Source: an uncultured Bifidobacteriaceae bacterium (lineage in GTDB: Bacteria; Acidobacteriota; Vicinamibacteria; Vicinamibacterales; UBA2999). Taken from it: 64,000 nt of DNA. The notes below the pieces were generated by a model, which had not been told where the DNA came from, did no database searches, and saw only the letters and a program-made list of their open reading frames with translations. Shown here one piece after another: positions 1-10,058 of this stretch (the first letter of the stretch is position 1; the number at the start of each line of letters is the position of its first letter). Both the position numbers and the translations under genes were made by a program. The stretch spans positions 2,100-66,099 of the forward strand of contig CAZHTD010000010.1 of the NCBI GenBank assembly GCA_964535675.1, in the 5' to 3' direction.

Positions 1-583
1 CGGCAACCAGGGGTGCGACGGGCGCCACGGCCTCCGACACCTGCGGCGCGAAACGGCGCACGAGCAAGCCGGCAACCACAGGCAGGATCACCACCTGCAC
101 CGTGCTGGCGAACAACCCTCCGGTCGGCACGTCGACACGGCTGCCGGCGAGGAGCGCGGTCAGCGTCGGCGTCGCGAGCGCGGCCAGCAGCGTCGAGCAC
201 GTGGTCATCGTCACCGACAGCGGCACGTCGGCTCGCGCCAAGTAGGTCACGACGTTCGACGCCGTGCCCCCGGGGCAGCACGCCACCAGCACGAGACCAA
301 CGGCAAACGGTGTCGGCAGGCCGAAGGCCAGCCCGAGCCCCCAGCCAAGCAGCGGCATCACCGTGTACTGGAGGAGCAGGCCCAGCACCACGAGGCGGGG
401 CCTAGTTGACACGCGTCGGAAGTCGGCGAACTCGAGGGTGAGGCCCATCCCCAGCATGATCACGCCGAGGCCGATGGTGATAAGCGGGCCAGTGAACCAA
501 GTGAACAGCGCGGGATCGTAAAGCGCAAGGAGGCTGGCAAGCAGCGCCCACAGCGGGAAGCCGTTGACGATCGCCACCAGCAC
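1..583 (-). CDS. Bile acid:Na+ symporter (BASS) family transporter, 3'-truncated by the window edge
   Basis: The minus-strand frame is open to position 1 and is not in the ORF track. My translation from GTG at 583 reads VLVAIVNGFPLWALLASLLALYDPALFTWFTGPLITIGLGVIMLGMGLTLEFADF...LLQYTVMPLLGW...VLVACCPGGTASNVVTYLARADVPLSVTMT, which is the typical BASS hydrophobic pattern with the CPGGTASN motif. It starts 10 nt after the ilvD stop. Confidence 0.7.
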   Translation of the reverse strand, partial: MLVAIVNGFPLWALLASLLALYDPALFTWFTGPLITIGLGVIMLGMGLTLEFADFRRVSTRPRLVVLGLLLQYTVMPLLGWGLGLAFGLPTPFAVGLVLVACCPGGTASNVVTYLARADVPLSVTMTTCSTLLAALATPTLTALLAGSRVDVPTGGLFASTVQVVILPVVAGLLVRRFAPQVSEAVAPVAPLVA

Positions 584-592
584 GGGAAAACT

Positions 593-2269
593 CTAGGCGG
601 TGACGCAGCCCTCCGAGGCCGACCGCACGAGGCAGGCGAACTTCGCCAGCACGCCGGTCGACACCGGCAGCGCCGGTTGTGTCCACGCTGCCCGGCGGCG
701 CGCCAGTTCCTCGTCCGCCACCTCAAGCGTGAGCGTTCGTGCGTCGGCGTCGATCACGATCCGATCGCCGTCCTGCACCAGTGCAATCGGACCGCCCGCC
801 TGCGCCTCCGGGGTGATGTGCCCCACGATGAACCCGTGCGACCCGCCCGAGAAACGGCCGTCAGTAAGCAGGGCCACGTCCTTGCCCAGCCCGGCACCCA
901 TGATGGCCGAAGTCGGTGTCAGCATCTCAGGCATCCCGGGCCCACCTCTGGGCCCCTGATACCGGATGACCACGACCGTGCCCTTGCCGATCTCCCCTTT
1001 CTCAAGCCCAGCCAGTATCGCCTCCTCGCGGTCGTAGACCCGAGCGGTGCCATCGAAACGAGCACCTTCCTTGCCGGTGATCTTCGCTACCGAGCCGCCC
1101 GGCGCGAGGTTACCGTACAGGATCTGGATATGGCCGCGCGGGAGCACCGGCTGCTCCACCGAGTGGATGACCTGCTGCCCCGCCGCGAGCGGCGGCACCT
1201 CGGCCACATTCTCTGCCAAGGTCCTTCCCGTAACCGTCAGGCAGCCGCCGTCGAGGTAGCCGTGCTCCAGCAGGTAACGCATCACGGCGGGTGTCCCGCC
1301 GACGTTGTGCAGGTCCTCCTGGACGTACGTGCCGCTCGGCTTCATATCGGCCAGCAGCGGCACGCGATCGCTCACCACCTGAAAATCATTGACCGACAGC
1401 GGAATGTCGGCCGCCCGCGCAATGGCGAGCAGGTGCAGTACGGCATTCGTCGAGCCGCCGAGGGTCATCACCATTACCATCGCGTTCTCGAACGCTTGAC
1501 GCGTCAAGATGTCGCGCGGCTTCAGGTCGCGCTCAAGGAGACCCCGGATCGCCTCGCCGGCCCGTCGACATTCCTCGACCTTGCCCGGGTCCTCGGCGGG
1601 GAGCGACGAGCTGTACGGCAGCGAGAGCCCAAGCGCCTCGATAGCCACAGCCATCGTATTGGCCGTGTACATGCCGCCGCACGCCCCCGAACCGGGGCAG
1701 GCGTGTCGCACGATCTCACGCCGCTCATCGTCCGTGATGTGGCCAGCCACATACTCACCGTAGGACTGGAAGGCCGAGATGATGTCCAGGGGGCGCCCGT
1801 CGGCCGGCAGGTGCCCGGCGCGGATCGTTCCGCCGTAGACCATCAGCGCCGGTCGGTTGAGCCGTGCCATCGCGATGACGCTGCCAGGCAGGTTCTTGTC
1901 GCAGCCCGGCACGGTGATCACCGCGTCGTACCACTGCGCGCCCACGACGGCTTCGATCGAGTCGGCGATTAGCTCGCGCGAGGGCAGCGAGTAGCTCATG
2001 CCCTCGGTCCCCATCGAGAGCCCGTCGCTGACGCCGATCGTGTTGAATCGGAGGCCCACCAGCCTAGCATCGCGGACACCCGCCTGCACCGCAGCGGCCA
2101 GCCGGTCGAGGTGCATGTTGCAGGTGTTACCCTCGTACCACATGCTGGCGATGCCCACCTGTGGCTTCTGGAGATCGGCGTCGGTGAGCCCGACGCCGTA
2201 CAGCATCGCCTGCGAGGCACCCTGACTGCGCGGCTGCGTCACCCGCCGGCTGTACCGGTTGGCGTTCAT
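593..2269 (-). CDS. ilvD: Dihydroxy-acid dehydratase
   Basis: 558 aa ORF with IlvD/Edd hallmarks ([54 protein letters not shown]). The ATGA start overlaps the ilvC stop. Confidence 0.97.
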
Positions 2270-3285
2270 GCCTTCACAGGCGGCGGCAGTGTCACGGGAT
2301 CAAGGAACGGCATCACCGCTCGCAGCTTGACGCCCACCTCCTCGATCGGGTGGTGGCGCTCTCGCTCGCGGATCGTCGTGAACTCGGGTAGGCCCGCCTC
2401 GTTCTCGGCGATCCATCGCTTGGCGAACTCGCCCGACTGGATCTCGGAAAGAAGCTGCTTCATCGCCTCCTTCGTCTCCGCCGTCACAATGCGCGGCCCG
2501 GAGACGTAGTCGCCCCACTCGGCCGTGTCGCTCACCGAATATCGCATGTAGCTCAGCCCGCCACGGTAGAACAGGTCCACGATGAGCTTCAACTCGTGCA
2601 GGCACTCGAAGTAAGCTAGCTCGGGCTGATACCCGGCCTCGACCAGCGTGTCAAACCCCGCCTTCACCAGCGCGCTCGCCCCGCCGCACAGCACCGCCTG
2701 CTCACCGAACAGGTCCGTTTCGGTTTCCTCGGCGAAGGTCGTCTCAAGCACCCCGGCGCGCGTGCACCCGATGCCACGGGCGTAGGCCATCGCCAGCTCG
2801 CGGGCCATGCCGCTCGCATCCTGGTGCACGGCCAGCAGCGCCGGCGTCCCACCACCCTCGACGAACACCTCGCGCACGCGGTGGCCGGGTGCCTTAGGCG
2901 CCACCATCGTCACGTCGACTGCGGCCGGCGGAACGATGCAGTCGAAACGGATGTTGAAGCCGTGCGCGAACATCAGCATCTTGCCGGCGCTCAAATGCGA
3001 CCTAATGTCAGCCTCGTAGACCGTGCGCTGCCGGGTGTCGGGAATCAGCACCATGATGACGTCGGCCCAAGCGGACGCGTCCGCCACGCTGAGCACCTTC
3101 AGGCCCGCGGCCGTCGCCTTCGCGATTGACCGGCTGCTCGAAGGTAGCCCCACGACCACATTCGCACCGCTGTCCTTGAGGTTCAGCGCGTGTGCGTGGC
3201 CCTGCGACCCGTAGCCGATGATTGCGATCTTGCGCGCCAGGATCAGGCCGATGTCTGCATCCTTGTCGTAGTACATCGTCGCCAT
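2266..3285 (-). CDS. ilvC: Ketol-acid reductoisomerase (class I)
   Basis: 339 aa. N-terminal Rossmann motif [21 protein letters not shown], and class I KARI length. Confidence 0.97.
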
Positions 3286-3410
3286 TGTCTGCTCCCGTGA
3301 CGCCCCGGGCTATGCGACGCCGCCCCGGGCAAGTCTGTATCACTACTGCCTCAATCTCGGCGATGGCCCCGGATGAGGGGCACGAGGCGTCCAAGCCGGG
3401 CGGGTCGGCG

Positions 3411-3914
3411 TCAGACGAACTGCGCCGCCGTCATCGCCGTGTCGCCACGCCGCATCGCCACCTGGCCCGTGCGCGAGATGGCGACGATCCCGAACGGCTC
3501 GAGCCGCTCGAGCACCGACGCCACGTGTTCGGGGCTCCCTGCGATCTCCAGAGTGACGGTTTCCTCGCCCGCATCGACCCTCGTGCAGCCAGCCTCGGCG
3601 GTCAACGATTCGAAGGCCGCCCGGCTGTCGACCGATGGCCGAACCTTAGCCAGCACGAGTTCCCGCGAGACCGCGGGCACGGCGCCGAGGTCTTCGATGT
3701 GGATAACGTTGACCAGCTTGTACAGATAAGCCGTGACTCGCTCGGCGCTCGCCTGATCGCTGTCGATGATGATCGTCATCCGCGAGATCCCAGGCTCCGA
3801 CGTCCGGCCCACTGCGAGCGACTCGATGTTGAAGGCCCGGCGCCGGAATAGCGACGCCACGCGGTTAAGCGCGCCAGGCTTGTCCTCAACCAGTGCCACC
3901 AGGGTGTGATGCAC
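3411..3914 (-). CDS. ilvN: Acetolactate synthase small (regulatory) subunit
   Basis: 167 aa. ACT-domain start HTLVALVEDKPGALNRVASLFRRRAFNIESLAVG. It lies directly downstream of ilvB. Confidence 0.93.
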   Translation of the reverse strand: MHHTLVALVEDKPGALNRVASLFRRRAFNIESLAVGRTSEPGISRMTIIIDSDQASAERVTAYLYKLVNVIHIEDLGAVPAVSRELVLAKVRPSVDSRAAFESLTAEAGCTRVDAGEETVTLEIAGSPEHVASVLERLEPFGIVAISRTGQVAMRRGDTAMTAAQFV

Positions 3915-3924
3915 GCCAGCCGCC

Positions 3925-5661
3925 CTAGGTGAGATCCGCGGCGGTCTCCACCAGCGGAGACGGCGCAGGATCGGGACGGCGGATCATGGCGTGGAGATCG
4001 CCACCGGCTGGTACCATCGGGTACACCGAGTCTTCCTGCTCCACCCGGAAATCGATGAGCACGGTGCCCTCGTCTGCACGGGCGCGGGCCACCGTCGGCT
4101 CCACGTCCTGCCGACGCTCGACACGCAGGCCCGTCAGCCCGTGCGCCTCGGCCAGCTTCACCAAGTCGGGCGTCCGCAGGGGCGTTGCCGCGTAGCGCCG
4201 CTCGTAGAAAAACTCCTGCCATTGGCGCACCATGCCCAAGTAGCCGTTGTTGATGACGGCCACGTTCACCTTGAGACCCTCCTGGGCCGCCGTTGTCAGC
4301 TCTGCCTGCGTCATCTGGAGTCCACCGTCGCCGACAATGGCCCACACTTCGGCTTCGGGACGAGCGATCTTGGCGCCGATCGCCGCCGGCAGGCCGAAGC
4401 CCATCGTGCCAAGCCCGCCCGAGGTGATCAGCGAACGGGCCGTCTCGTGATGGAAGTACTGCGCCTCCCACATCTGGTGCTGGCCAACGTCCGTGCAGAT
4501 CACGGCGTCGCCTTTCGTCATGCGCCAGATGTCGTTGATTGCGTGCGCTGCATAGAGGTGACCGTTGTCGGGCAGGTTACGGATGTCCCGTACGGCATTG
4601 CCACCCTGCATCTCGCCGATGTAATTGAGCCACGGCCCATGATCGATCGGCGGCAGCGCGTCGAGCATCTCGCGTAGCGCCTCGCGGAGGTCGGCCTGAA
4701 TCGCGGCATCGACTTTCACATTCTTGTTGATCTCCGACGGGTCGATCTCGACGTGGATCTTCTTCGCGTTGCGAGCGTAAGTGGCCAGGTTACCTGTGAC
4801 GCGATCGTCGAACCGCATTCCGAACGCCAGCAGCAGGTCAGCCTCCTGAATCGCGTGGTTGACCCAGGCCTCCCCGTGCATCCCCATCATCCCGAGATTC
4901 AGCTCGTGGCTGGCCGGGAACCCGCCCAAGCCCAGCAGCGTCATCGCCACCGGCGTGTTGGTCCGCTCGGCGAACACGCGGAGCTCGTGCATCGCGCCGC
5001 TCTGCAGCACCCCCTGCCCGGCCAGGATCACGGGCCGCTCCGCTGCCCGGATCAGGGTCAAGGCCTTCTCGCGCTCGGCGCTCGTCACTTCGAGTTTCGG
5101 CCGATAGCCAGGCATCCTCACCGGCGAGGAGTTCCAGGCCCAGTCGATCATCGCCTGCTGCGCGTCCTTGGTGATGTCCACCAGCACAGGGCCCGGACGT
5201 CCGGAGGTCGCCAGGTGGAAGGCCTCCTTCATCGCGGGCATGATGTCCTCAACCCGCGTCACCAGATAGCTGTGCTTGGTGATCGGCAGCGTAATCCCGG
5301 TGATGTCGGTCTCCTGGAACGCATCGTAGCCGATGAGCTTGCTCGGCACCTGGCCCGTGATGCACACGACCGGCGACGAGTCCATCTGCGCGGTCGCGAT
5401 ACCCGTCACCAAGTTCGTGGCGCCGGGACCCGAGGTCGCCATCGCCACGCCCACGCGCCCGCTGGCGCGCGCGTAAGCGTCGGCCATGTGGGCCGCCCCT
5501 TGCTCGTGCCGGACCAGGACATGTCGTACCGGATAGTCGAGCATCGCGTCGTAGGCCGGGAGGATCGCGCCGCCAGGGTATCCGAAAACCGTGGACACTC
5601 CTTCGCGCACGAGACACTCCCAAATGATCTGGGCACCGGTGCGTGTGTTAGGCATGTTCAA
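3925..5661 (-). CDS. ilvB: Acetolactate synthase large (catalytic) subunit, ThDP-dependent
   Basis: 578 aa with a ThDP-binding motif (GDGGLQMTQAELTTA...NNGYLGMVRQWQ). The ORF-track start is TTG at 5661; ATG at 5655 (MPNTRTGAQ) is an equally plausible start. Confidence 0.95.
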   Translation of the reverse strand: MNMPNTRTGAQIIWECLVREGVSTVFGYPGGAILPAYDAMLDYPVRHVLVRHEQGAAHMADAYARASGRVGVAMATSGPGATNLVTGIATAQMDSSPVVCITGQVPSKLIGYDAFQETDITGITLPITKHSYLVTRVEDIMPAMKEAFHLATSGRPGPVLVDITKDAQQAMIDWAWNSSPVRMPGYRPKLEVTSAEREKALTLIRAAERPVILAGQGVLQSGAMHELRVFAERTNTPVAMTLLGLGGFPASHELNLGMMGMHGEAWVNHAIQEADLLLAFGMRFDDRVTGNLATYARNAKKIHVEIDPSEINKNVKVDAAIQADLREALREMLDALPPIDHGPWLNYIGEMQGGNAVRDIRNLPDNGHLYAAHAINDIWRMTKGDAVICTDVGQHQMWEAQYFHHETARSLITSGGLGTMGFGLPAAIGAKIARPEAEVWAIVGDGGLQMTQAELTTAAQEGLKVNVAVINNGYLGMVRQWQEFFYERRYAATPLRTPDLVKLAEAHGLTGLRVERRQDVEPTVARARADEGTVLIDFRVEQEDSVYPMVPAGGDLHAMIRRPDPAPSPLVETAADLT

Positions 5662-6139
5662 TCGAGTGTGCCCTGCGCAGGGGCATCAGTCAAATGGATA
5701 GTGCTTCAGGGAAGATAACGGAGAGTGATAGCCCATCGAGATCACCACGAAATCGGACAATCAACCCCCATTTGAGCGAGCGCCATCCGACGGTCGCCGT
5801 ACATCGGGTACTGCAGGAACAACTCGCCGATACGGCTTCTGCCTGAGGGGCATCAGGTCCTGAGTGCTCATCTCGTTCGGCGTTGATGTTCAGGGTGGGG
5901 TGGCAAGTATCAACGACCTTCTGGTTCTACCGGTGTCCCTGCCGAACCTTGATCGCGAGAACCGGCATGACACCTCTGGCTGGTCGGCATGGCTGGCACC
6001 TGACTACTCAGAAATGAGCGTTACCGCCTGTCTGCATCATACGCTATCGACACAGGGAAGACGATGAGGAGGACTCTGGCGCGAATTTGATGATGACGAT
6101 CGACCGTAGCGGACACGCAGCAGCAGACTCGCACTCCTC

Positions 6140-6330
6140 ACGGGCATGCGGCGGCGCGTGCTCTTTACCCTTCGATGGCGCACGCTCTTCTGTACGCAGG
6201 CCCGTCGGCGCGCGTTTCAACGTCACGACCAGCCTGCACGACCCGGTTTCGTATCGCGTCGGCCGACGGCTCACACTCCTGAGCCAGCAGGTCGAAGACA
6301 GAATTCGGGCCGTCCAGATCGCTCTTGTCC
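6140..6330 (+). pseudogene. Remnant of a Gp49/RelE-like (HigB-type) toxin, split across two frames
   Basis: Two overlapping plus-strand frames together read RVLFTL / PFDGARSS / RTLFC..AFQRHDQP. This resembles the YR(V/I)xFxxxDGRxxVLLHxFxKKTQKTP core of phage Gp49-like toxins. No intact ORF exists and the N-terminus is missing. Confidence 0.3.
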
Positions 6331-6394
6331 GTGGCGGGGTGGTGCGCCTAAGAAGAAAGACTCTGCAGCGCGCGAGCGCGGTTTCGAGCTGGTC

Positions 6395-6665
6395 GAGCGC
6401 AGTGGGAATGTGTTCCACGACCCAGGCGATCCGAACGCGGACCTGCAGCAGGCCAAGGCGGGTTGTCGCCGCCCGGATTATCGCAGTGCTCGACGAGCGC
6501 GGTCTGGTCTGCCGGGCGCGCCGGGGCGGGGCGTTGATTCGTTTCGCCGCGGCAGACGTCTCGCGCATCCGCAACGCCGAGCTCGGGCGGTTCACACCGG
6601 ACCGCCTGATGAAGATGCTCGCGGCACGCGACAGCAAACTGCGTGTCACGATCCATGTGGATGTG
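6395..6665 (+). pseudogene. Frameshifted XRE-family (HTH_37-like) antitoxin
   Basis: One frame gives VERSGNVFHDPGDPNADLQQAKA. After a shift near 6470, a second frame gives AARIIAVLDERGL...ADVSRIRNAELGRFTPDRLMKMLAARDSKLRVTIHV. Together these match the HigA/HTH_37 antitoxin layout. Confidence 0.5.
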
Positions 6666-6967
6666 GGATATGGCGAGGCGAGAGTTGCGTACCCACATCG
6701 GGGTTCCCTGCGGGAGCATCCCGCTCCGGTTGTGTTGGTCCACAACCAGGGTACCCTGCTTCTTCCACCGCTGAAGCAGTGTCAGATCACATCACAACTA
6801 CGGCACGGGTGATGGAGCCGAAACTGCGCAAACTGCCGCAACGTGTCGACGATCTCCGCCCGCTTGTAGCGCGTCTCCTGCGTCATGGGATCGGCTCCCA
6901 GTAACAGAGCCGCGCTATTCTTAACGCCTCATATGGCCCACATTGGGGCTGAACCCGCAAAACAACG

Positions 6968-7210
6968 CTACTCGCCGTCGCGTCCTTTGCGATATTGATC
7001 GCGTAGCTCTTTGCCGGCACGTGTCAACCTGTGTTTCGCATGCTTGAGTGCAGGCTGCGTGTCCTGCCAAGCCCGCTGGGCCATGGGTCTGATGTCGTCT
7101 TTCAGTACCCGTTGCGCCTTGGCGAGGGTTTGTACGGCTTTGGCACGCGCCTCAGGGCGACACGCCAGTTCCCAACCCACACGCTGGGCCAACCGGTGCA
7201 GGAGGCTCAT
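6968..7210 (-). CDS. Hypothetical small helical protein (80 aa)
   Basis: An ORF with non-repetitive, K/R/Q/A-rich helical composition inside the low-GC junk region. I recall no family for it, and it could be spurious. Confidence 0.25.
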   Translation of the reverse strand: MSLLHRLAQRVGWELACRPEARAKAVQTLAKAQRVLKDDIRPMAQRAWQDTQPALKHAKHRLTRAGKELRDQYRKGRDGE

Positions 7211-7329
7211 CTCGGCCAGTATAAGGGATTGTGTGTCCCGGAAATCCTTTCAAAGACAGAATTCGACGAACTGGTAGCAGACCATAGGACGTGGGATTTG
7301 CGAGCGCACTCGAAGGAGTCGCTAGACGG

Positions 7330-7560
7330 CAGTCCCGGTTCACCGAGAATCAAACTGTTGGCAGCTTGACCGACGGGGAGGCTAGGGGGGCGATCGCCGA
7401 CCTAGTGCGCAAGCACAGCATCAGGCGCCGCAACGTCTCACAAATGGCGGTCGACGTACGAAGGTACGGGTGCCTTTGGTCTCAGCCTCATGAGAGAACT
7501 CACGGCCGAGCTCGCGCATCTGAAGCGACCACTCCACGGTGGGGCTGCTGGGAGTGCGAC
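7330..7560 (+). mobile_element. IS3-family transposase OrfA remnant (frameshifted)
   Basis: Frame 1 reads RFTENQTVGSLTDGEARGAIADLVRKH. A second frame reads ISAATSHKWRSTYEGTGAFGLSLMRELTAELAHLKRPL. This is the classic HTH_Tnp_1 / leucine-zipper OrfA pattern (RFSEEQIVxIL..AEAG..VADLCRKHGIS.ATFYKWRSKYGGM..S...RLKELE.EN.KLKR). No OrfB follows. Confidence 0.55.
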
Positions 7561-7799
7561 GCCCGGTGACACCTCGATATCCACGGCTGACATCACACAC
7601 TAGCGGGTGTGTCGCACGCTGCGCGCGCCCGACCTTCGGAGGACACGCCCCACGCTGCCGATAGTCGCGGCGGTGACCCCGCGCAAGTTGACCTCCTCCT
7701 ACGATGGAAGTGTTGTGCAGTAAGGGGCAGAAATGTTCAGGATTTCGTCCAATCGGTCCGCCGGCAGTATCAGAAATTTGTGTGGGAGCTTGTTCGTCA

Positions 7800-8594
7800 G
7801 TCGGCCAACCTGAATCTATCCCCTCACTGAATCGCGCATTACCCGCTGGCTGCCACCCCAGCGATGGGCGGCTTCCTCCATTTTCCGTGGTGTGGCGCAA
7901 GGCCGGCCAACTCCGCGGCGTGGCGGCCTGGTCGCGGGAGAAGTGCCCCTGGTACCCCGGACACCGCTGTGGAGGCTCTCACGTTGGTCATGTCGAGGAT
8001 CTTCCGCACGGCCGCAGGGAACGCCGGCCCCACTGGCGTCGCCAGCGCTGGGCCACGGTGGGGCAACGCTGGCCCCACGGACCGGTTGCCAAGGCGTCGA
8101 GCGCCTGTTCGGCCGCCTCGTCGATCAGCTTGAAGGCCTGAGCCCGCGCCGGGCGGTCCTTACGCCAGTTGCATCGCTCGCGTGTTGGATCAGGTGCCCG
8201 ATACCAATCTGCACGACCGTGTCCGGCATCACGGCCGTGATCCGTGTCAGGGAAGCCCTGCAGACCGTCGATGACCGCGATTCGGTTATCCTCCCCCCCG
8301 CACGCCCCCGGCCCTTCCGATCGTGCATCACGCAGCGCCAGACCGTGGCGCAGGCCGTCTGCTCGCCCCACCAAACCGCGGCCTGCCTGGTGCCCGGACC
8401 AGTGGATGCCGACCGCCAGCTATACGGCCGTGGGGCGTACCAGCCCCTCGGCGCGGCGCTTCACTCACAGGGCGTGGAACACCACGATGGCGGAGGTCAA
8501 CTCGAGCGGCCCGCGCTAGGCAAGACCGGGCTTCGTCGATGACCGCCTCGGTCACCCCCACACCCTGCTCCGGCGATAACGTCAGCCGGAGCAC
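7800..8594 (-). mobile_element. IS256-family (Mutator-type) transposase remnant, 5'-truncated with multiple frameshifts
   Basis: Minus-strand fragments in three frames:
- GVTEAVIDEARSCLARA
- IAVIDGLQGFPDT...NWRKDRPARAQAFKLIDEAAEQALDALATGPWGQRCPTVAQRWRRQW
- FPAAVRKILDMTNV

These are colinear with the IS256 transposase core (VDGLKGFPEAI..., W.DRK..A.DLK.IY.A......A..AL..F...WG..YP.I...W...W, FP.E+R+IIYTTNAIE). The roughly 150 N-terminal residues are absent. Confidence 0.7.
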
Positions 8595-8606
8595 ACCTGT
8601 CGCGTG

Positions 8607-10058
8607 CTACTGGAGCGCAATCAGGACGTCGTCGTCTGACTGTGGTCCCGGCGCCGGGTGCACGCCCGTCAAGGTGTCGAACTCGATCCCCAGCTCCTGC
8701 ACGCGCTCGGCAAATGCGACGTGCGCGGGCGTCGGGTCGTCGGGGAACAAGGTCAAGTCGGCTTGGTGGAAGTGGCTGTACGCCGGCAAGTAGACGCCCA
8801 ACAGCCCCGTAGCGTGAGGGTTGGGAATCTGGACGAGCTCCATCCGATTCATCTCGTCCTCGATCACCATCACGTCTTCCGTGCCCTCGATCACCGGCGT
8901 CAGCATCTCCTCTCCGAGCAGTGTGCGGGGGTTGCTGAGCAGCTGCGTCATGAAATCGACATTGCTAGCGTGCGTGAGGATGGTGATGCCCGCACGGGCC
9001 CACGGCGCAAGCCCGCCTGAGTGATCACCGTGAAAATGCGAGTTGACCAGATACCGGATCTCCTTGTCGGGGAACCCTTCCCGTACGGCGGTCAGCACCG
9101 TCTCGCCCCGCGCCGGGTTCTGGGCGCCGCCCTCAAACACCACCACGAAGTCGGTGAACTCCACGATCATGGCCACGTACCCGCCGCCGAAGAGGTAGAC
9201 CCCCTCGTAGATTTCGTTGAGCTCGGGGTCGCCCACGGGCCCGAACAGCCCAGGGCCGATACCGCCGCCTCCCACCTGCTCGGGCGGGGTGAGGCGTGCC
9301 GCGAGGTCGGCTGGGTTCGCCGTCGCGCTCTCCACAGAGACGGCGAACGAGGTCCCCCCGGCCATCGTCTGCTCGATACCGCTCGGCATCATCACACCGT
9401 CCATGTCCTGGTAGTTACTGTAGATGGCTGCCCGCGCGAGGTCGCCTGCGATCGGGTGCTCCACCGTGGTTTCGACTCGATCCACGAGGTTCTGGTCGTT
9501 GATGTAGCCAGTCACCGTATAGCGCATGCCCGACGGCGAGGCCTGCGTTTCGGGAGACATCCACGTCAGCGTGGTGTACTCGGCGCCGTCCATCGATGCC
9601 GTCCCAGCCTCCGCGCCGTACATCTCCGCCCCGCGTAGGAAGCCCCATGGCGTCAGCCAGATCTCGATCTGGTCGTCCCAGCTGGTGTCCTCGTCCGTGA
9701 TGTTCTGCAGGAAGGACTGCTCGGTTGGCGGCCGCATGAACACGCCACCGTGCAACATCATGCCCGTCGCAAGCGACGCGGGCTGCGAGAGGTCGATCGT
9801 ACGCGAGTAATTCTCGATCTCGTACATGGGCCACGGCGGGCTGGCCTCGGCCGTCTGCAGGAACGCCCTGTTGATAGTCTGTGCAGTGCCCGCGTAGGTG
9901 ATCGACTCAACACCCTCGGTCCCCATCGCCTCGGCCACCACGGCCAGCACCGATGTCGCGTCGCCTGAAGCCGCGTCCTCACCGCCGTCGCCCGCACCGC
10001 CACAGCCTGCTAGGCCAACCGCCGTCACCAGTGCAAGATATCTGAGATTATGAAACAT
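8607..10058 (-). CDS. Lipoprotein with a C-terminal metallo-beta-lactamase-fold hydrolase domain
   Basis: 483 aa. Lipobox LAGC at residues 16-19. HxHxDH motif (NSHFHGDHSGG) in the C-terminal third. The N-terminal roughly 280 aa have no motif I recognise. Confidence 0.85.
   Translation of the reverse strand: MFHNLRYLALVTAVGLAGCGGAGDGGEDAASGDATSVLAVVAEAMGTEGVESITYAGTAQTINRAFLQTAEASPPWPMYEIENYSRTIDLSQPASLATGMMLHGGVFMRPPTEQSFLQNITDEDTSWDDQIEIWLTPWGFLRGAEMYGAEAGTASMDGAEYTTLTWMSPETQASPSGMRYTVTGYINDQNLVDRVETTVEHPIAGDLARAAIYSNYQDMDGVMMPSGIEQTMAGGTSFAVSVESATANPADLAARLTPPEQVGGGGIGPGLFGPVGDPELNEIYEGVYLFGGGYVAMIVEFTDFVVVFEGGAQNPARGETVLTAVREGFPDKEIRYLVNSHFHGDHSGGLAPWARAGITILTHASNVDFMTQLLSNPRTLLGEEMLTPVIEGTEDVMVIEDEMNRMELVQIPNPHATGLLGVYLPAYSHFHQADLTLFPDDPTPAHVAFAERVQELGIEFDTLTGVHPAPGPQSDDDVLIALQ

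Noticed and set aside
677-1972. A 431 aa ORF on the plus strand, antisense to ilvD. Similar long antisense ORFs include 25183-26409, 14056-15162, 11032-12246, 32645-33727 and 60791-61732.
   Set aside because: These are typical high-GC shadow ORFs, Arg/Pro/Ala/Gly-rich with no motifs. Each lies opposite a gene with unambiguous family signatures.
5662-5900. Looked for an Ile/Val/Leu-rich leader peptide and attenuator upstream of ilvB, by analogy with the trp leader.
   Set aside because: The short minus-strand ORFs here (for example VVISMGYHSPLSSLKHYPFD and MYGDRRMALAQMGVDCPISW) are not enriched in branched-chain codons. The only hairpin (GCCC-TGCGCAG-GGGC, 5673-5687) has a short stem and no U-tract.
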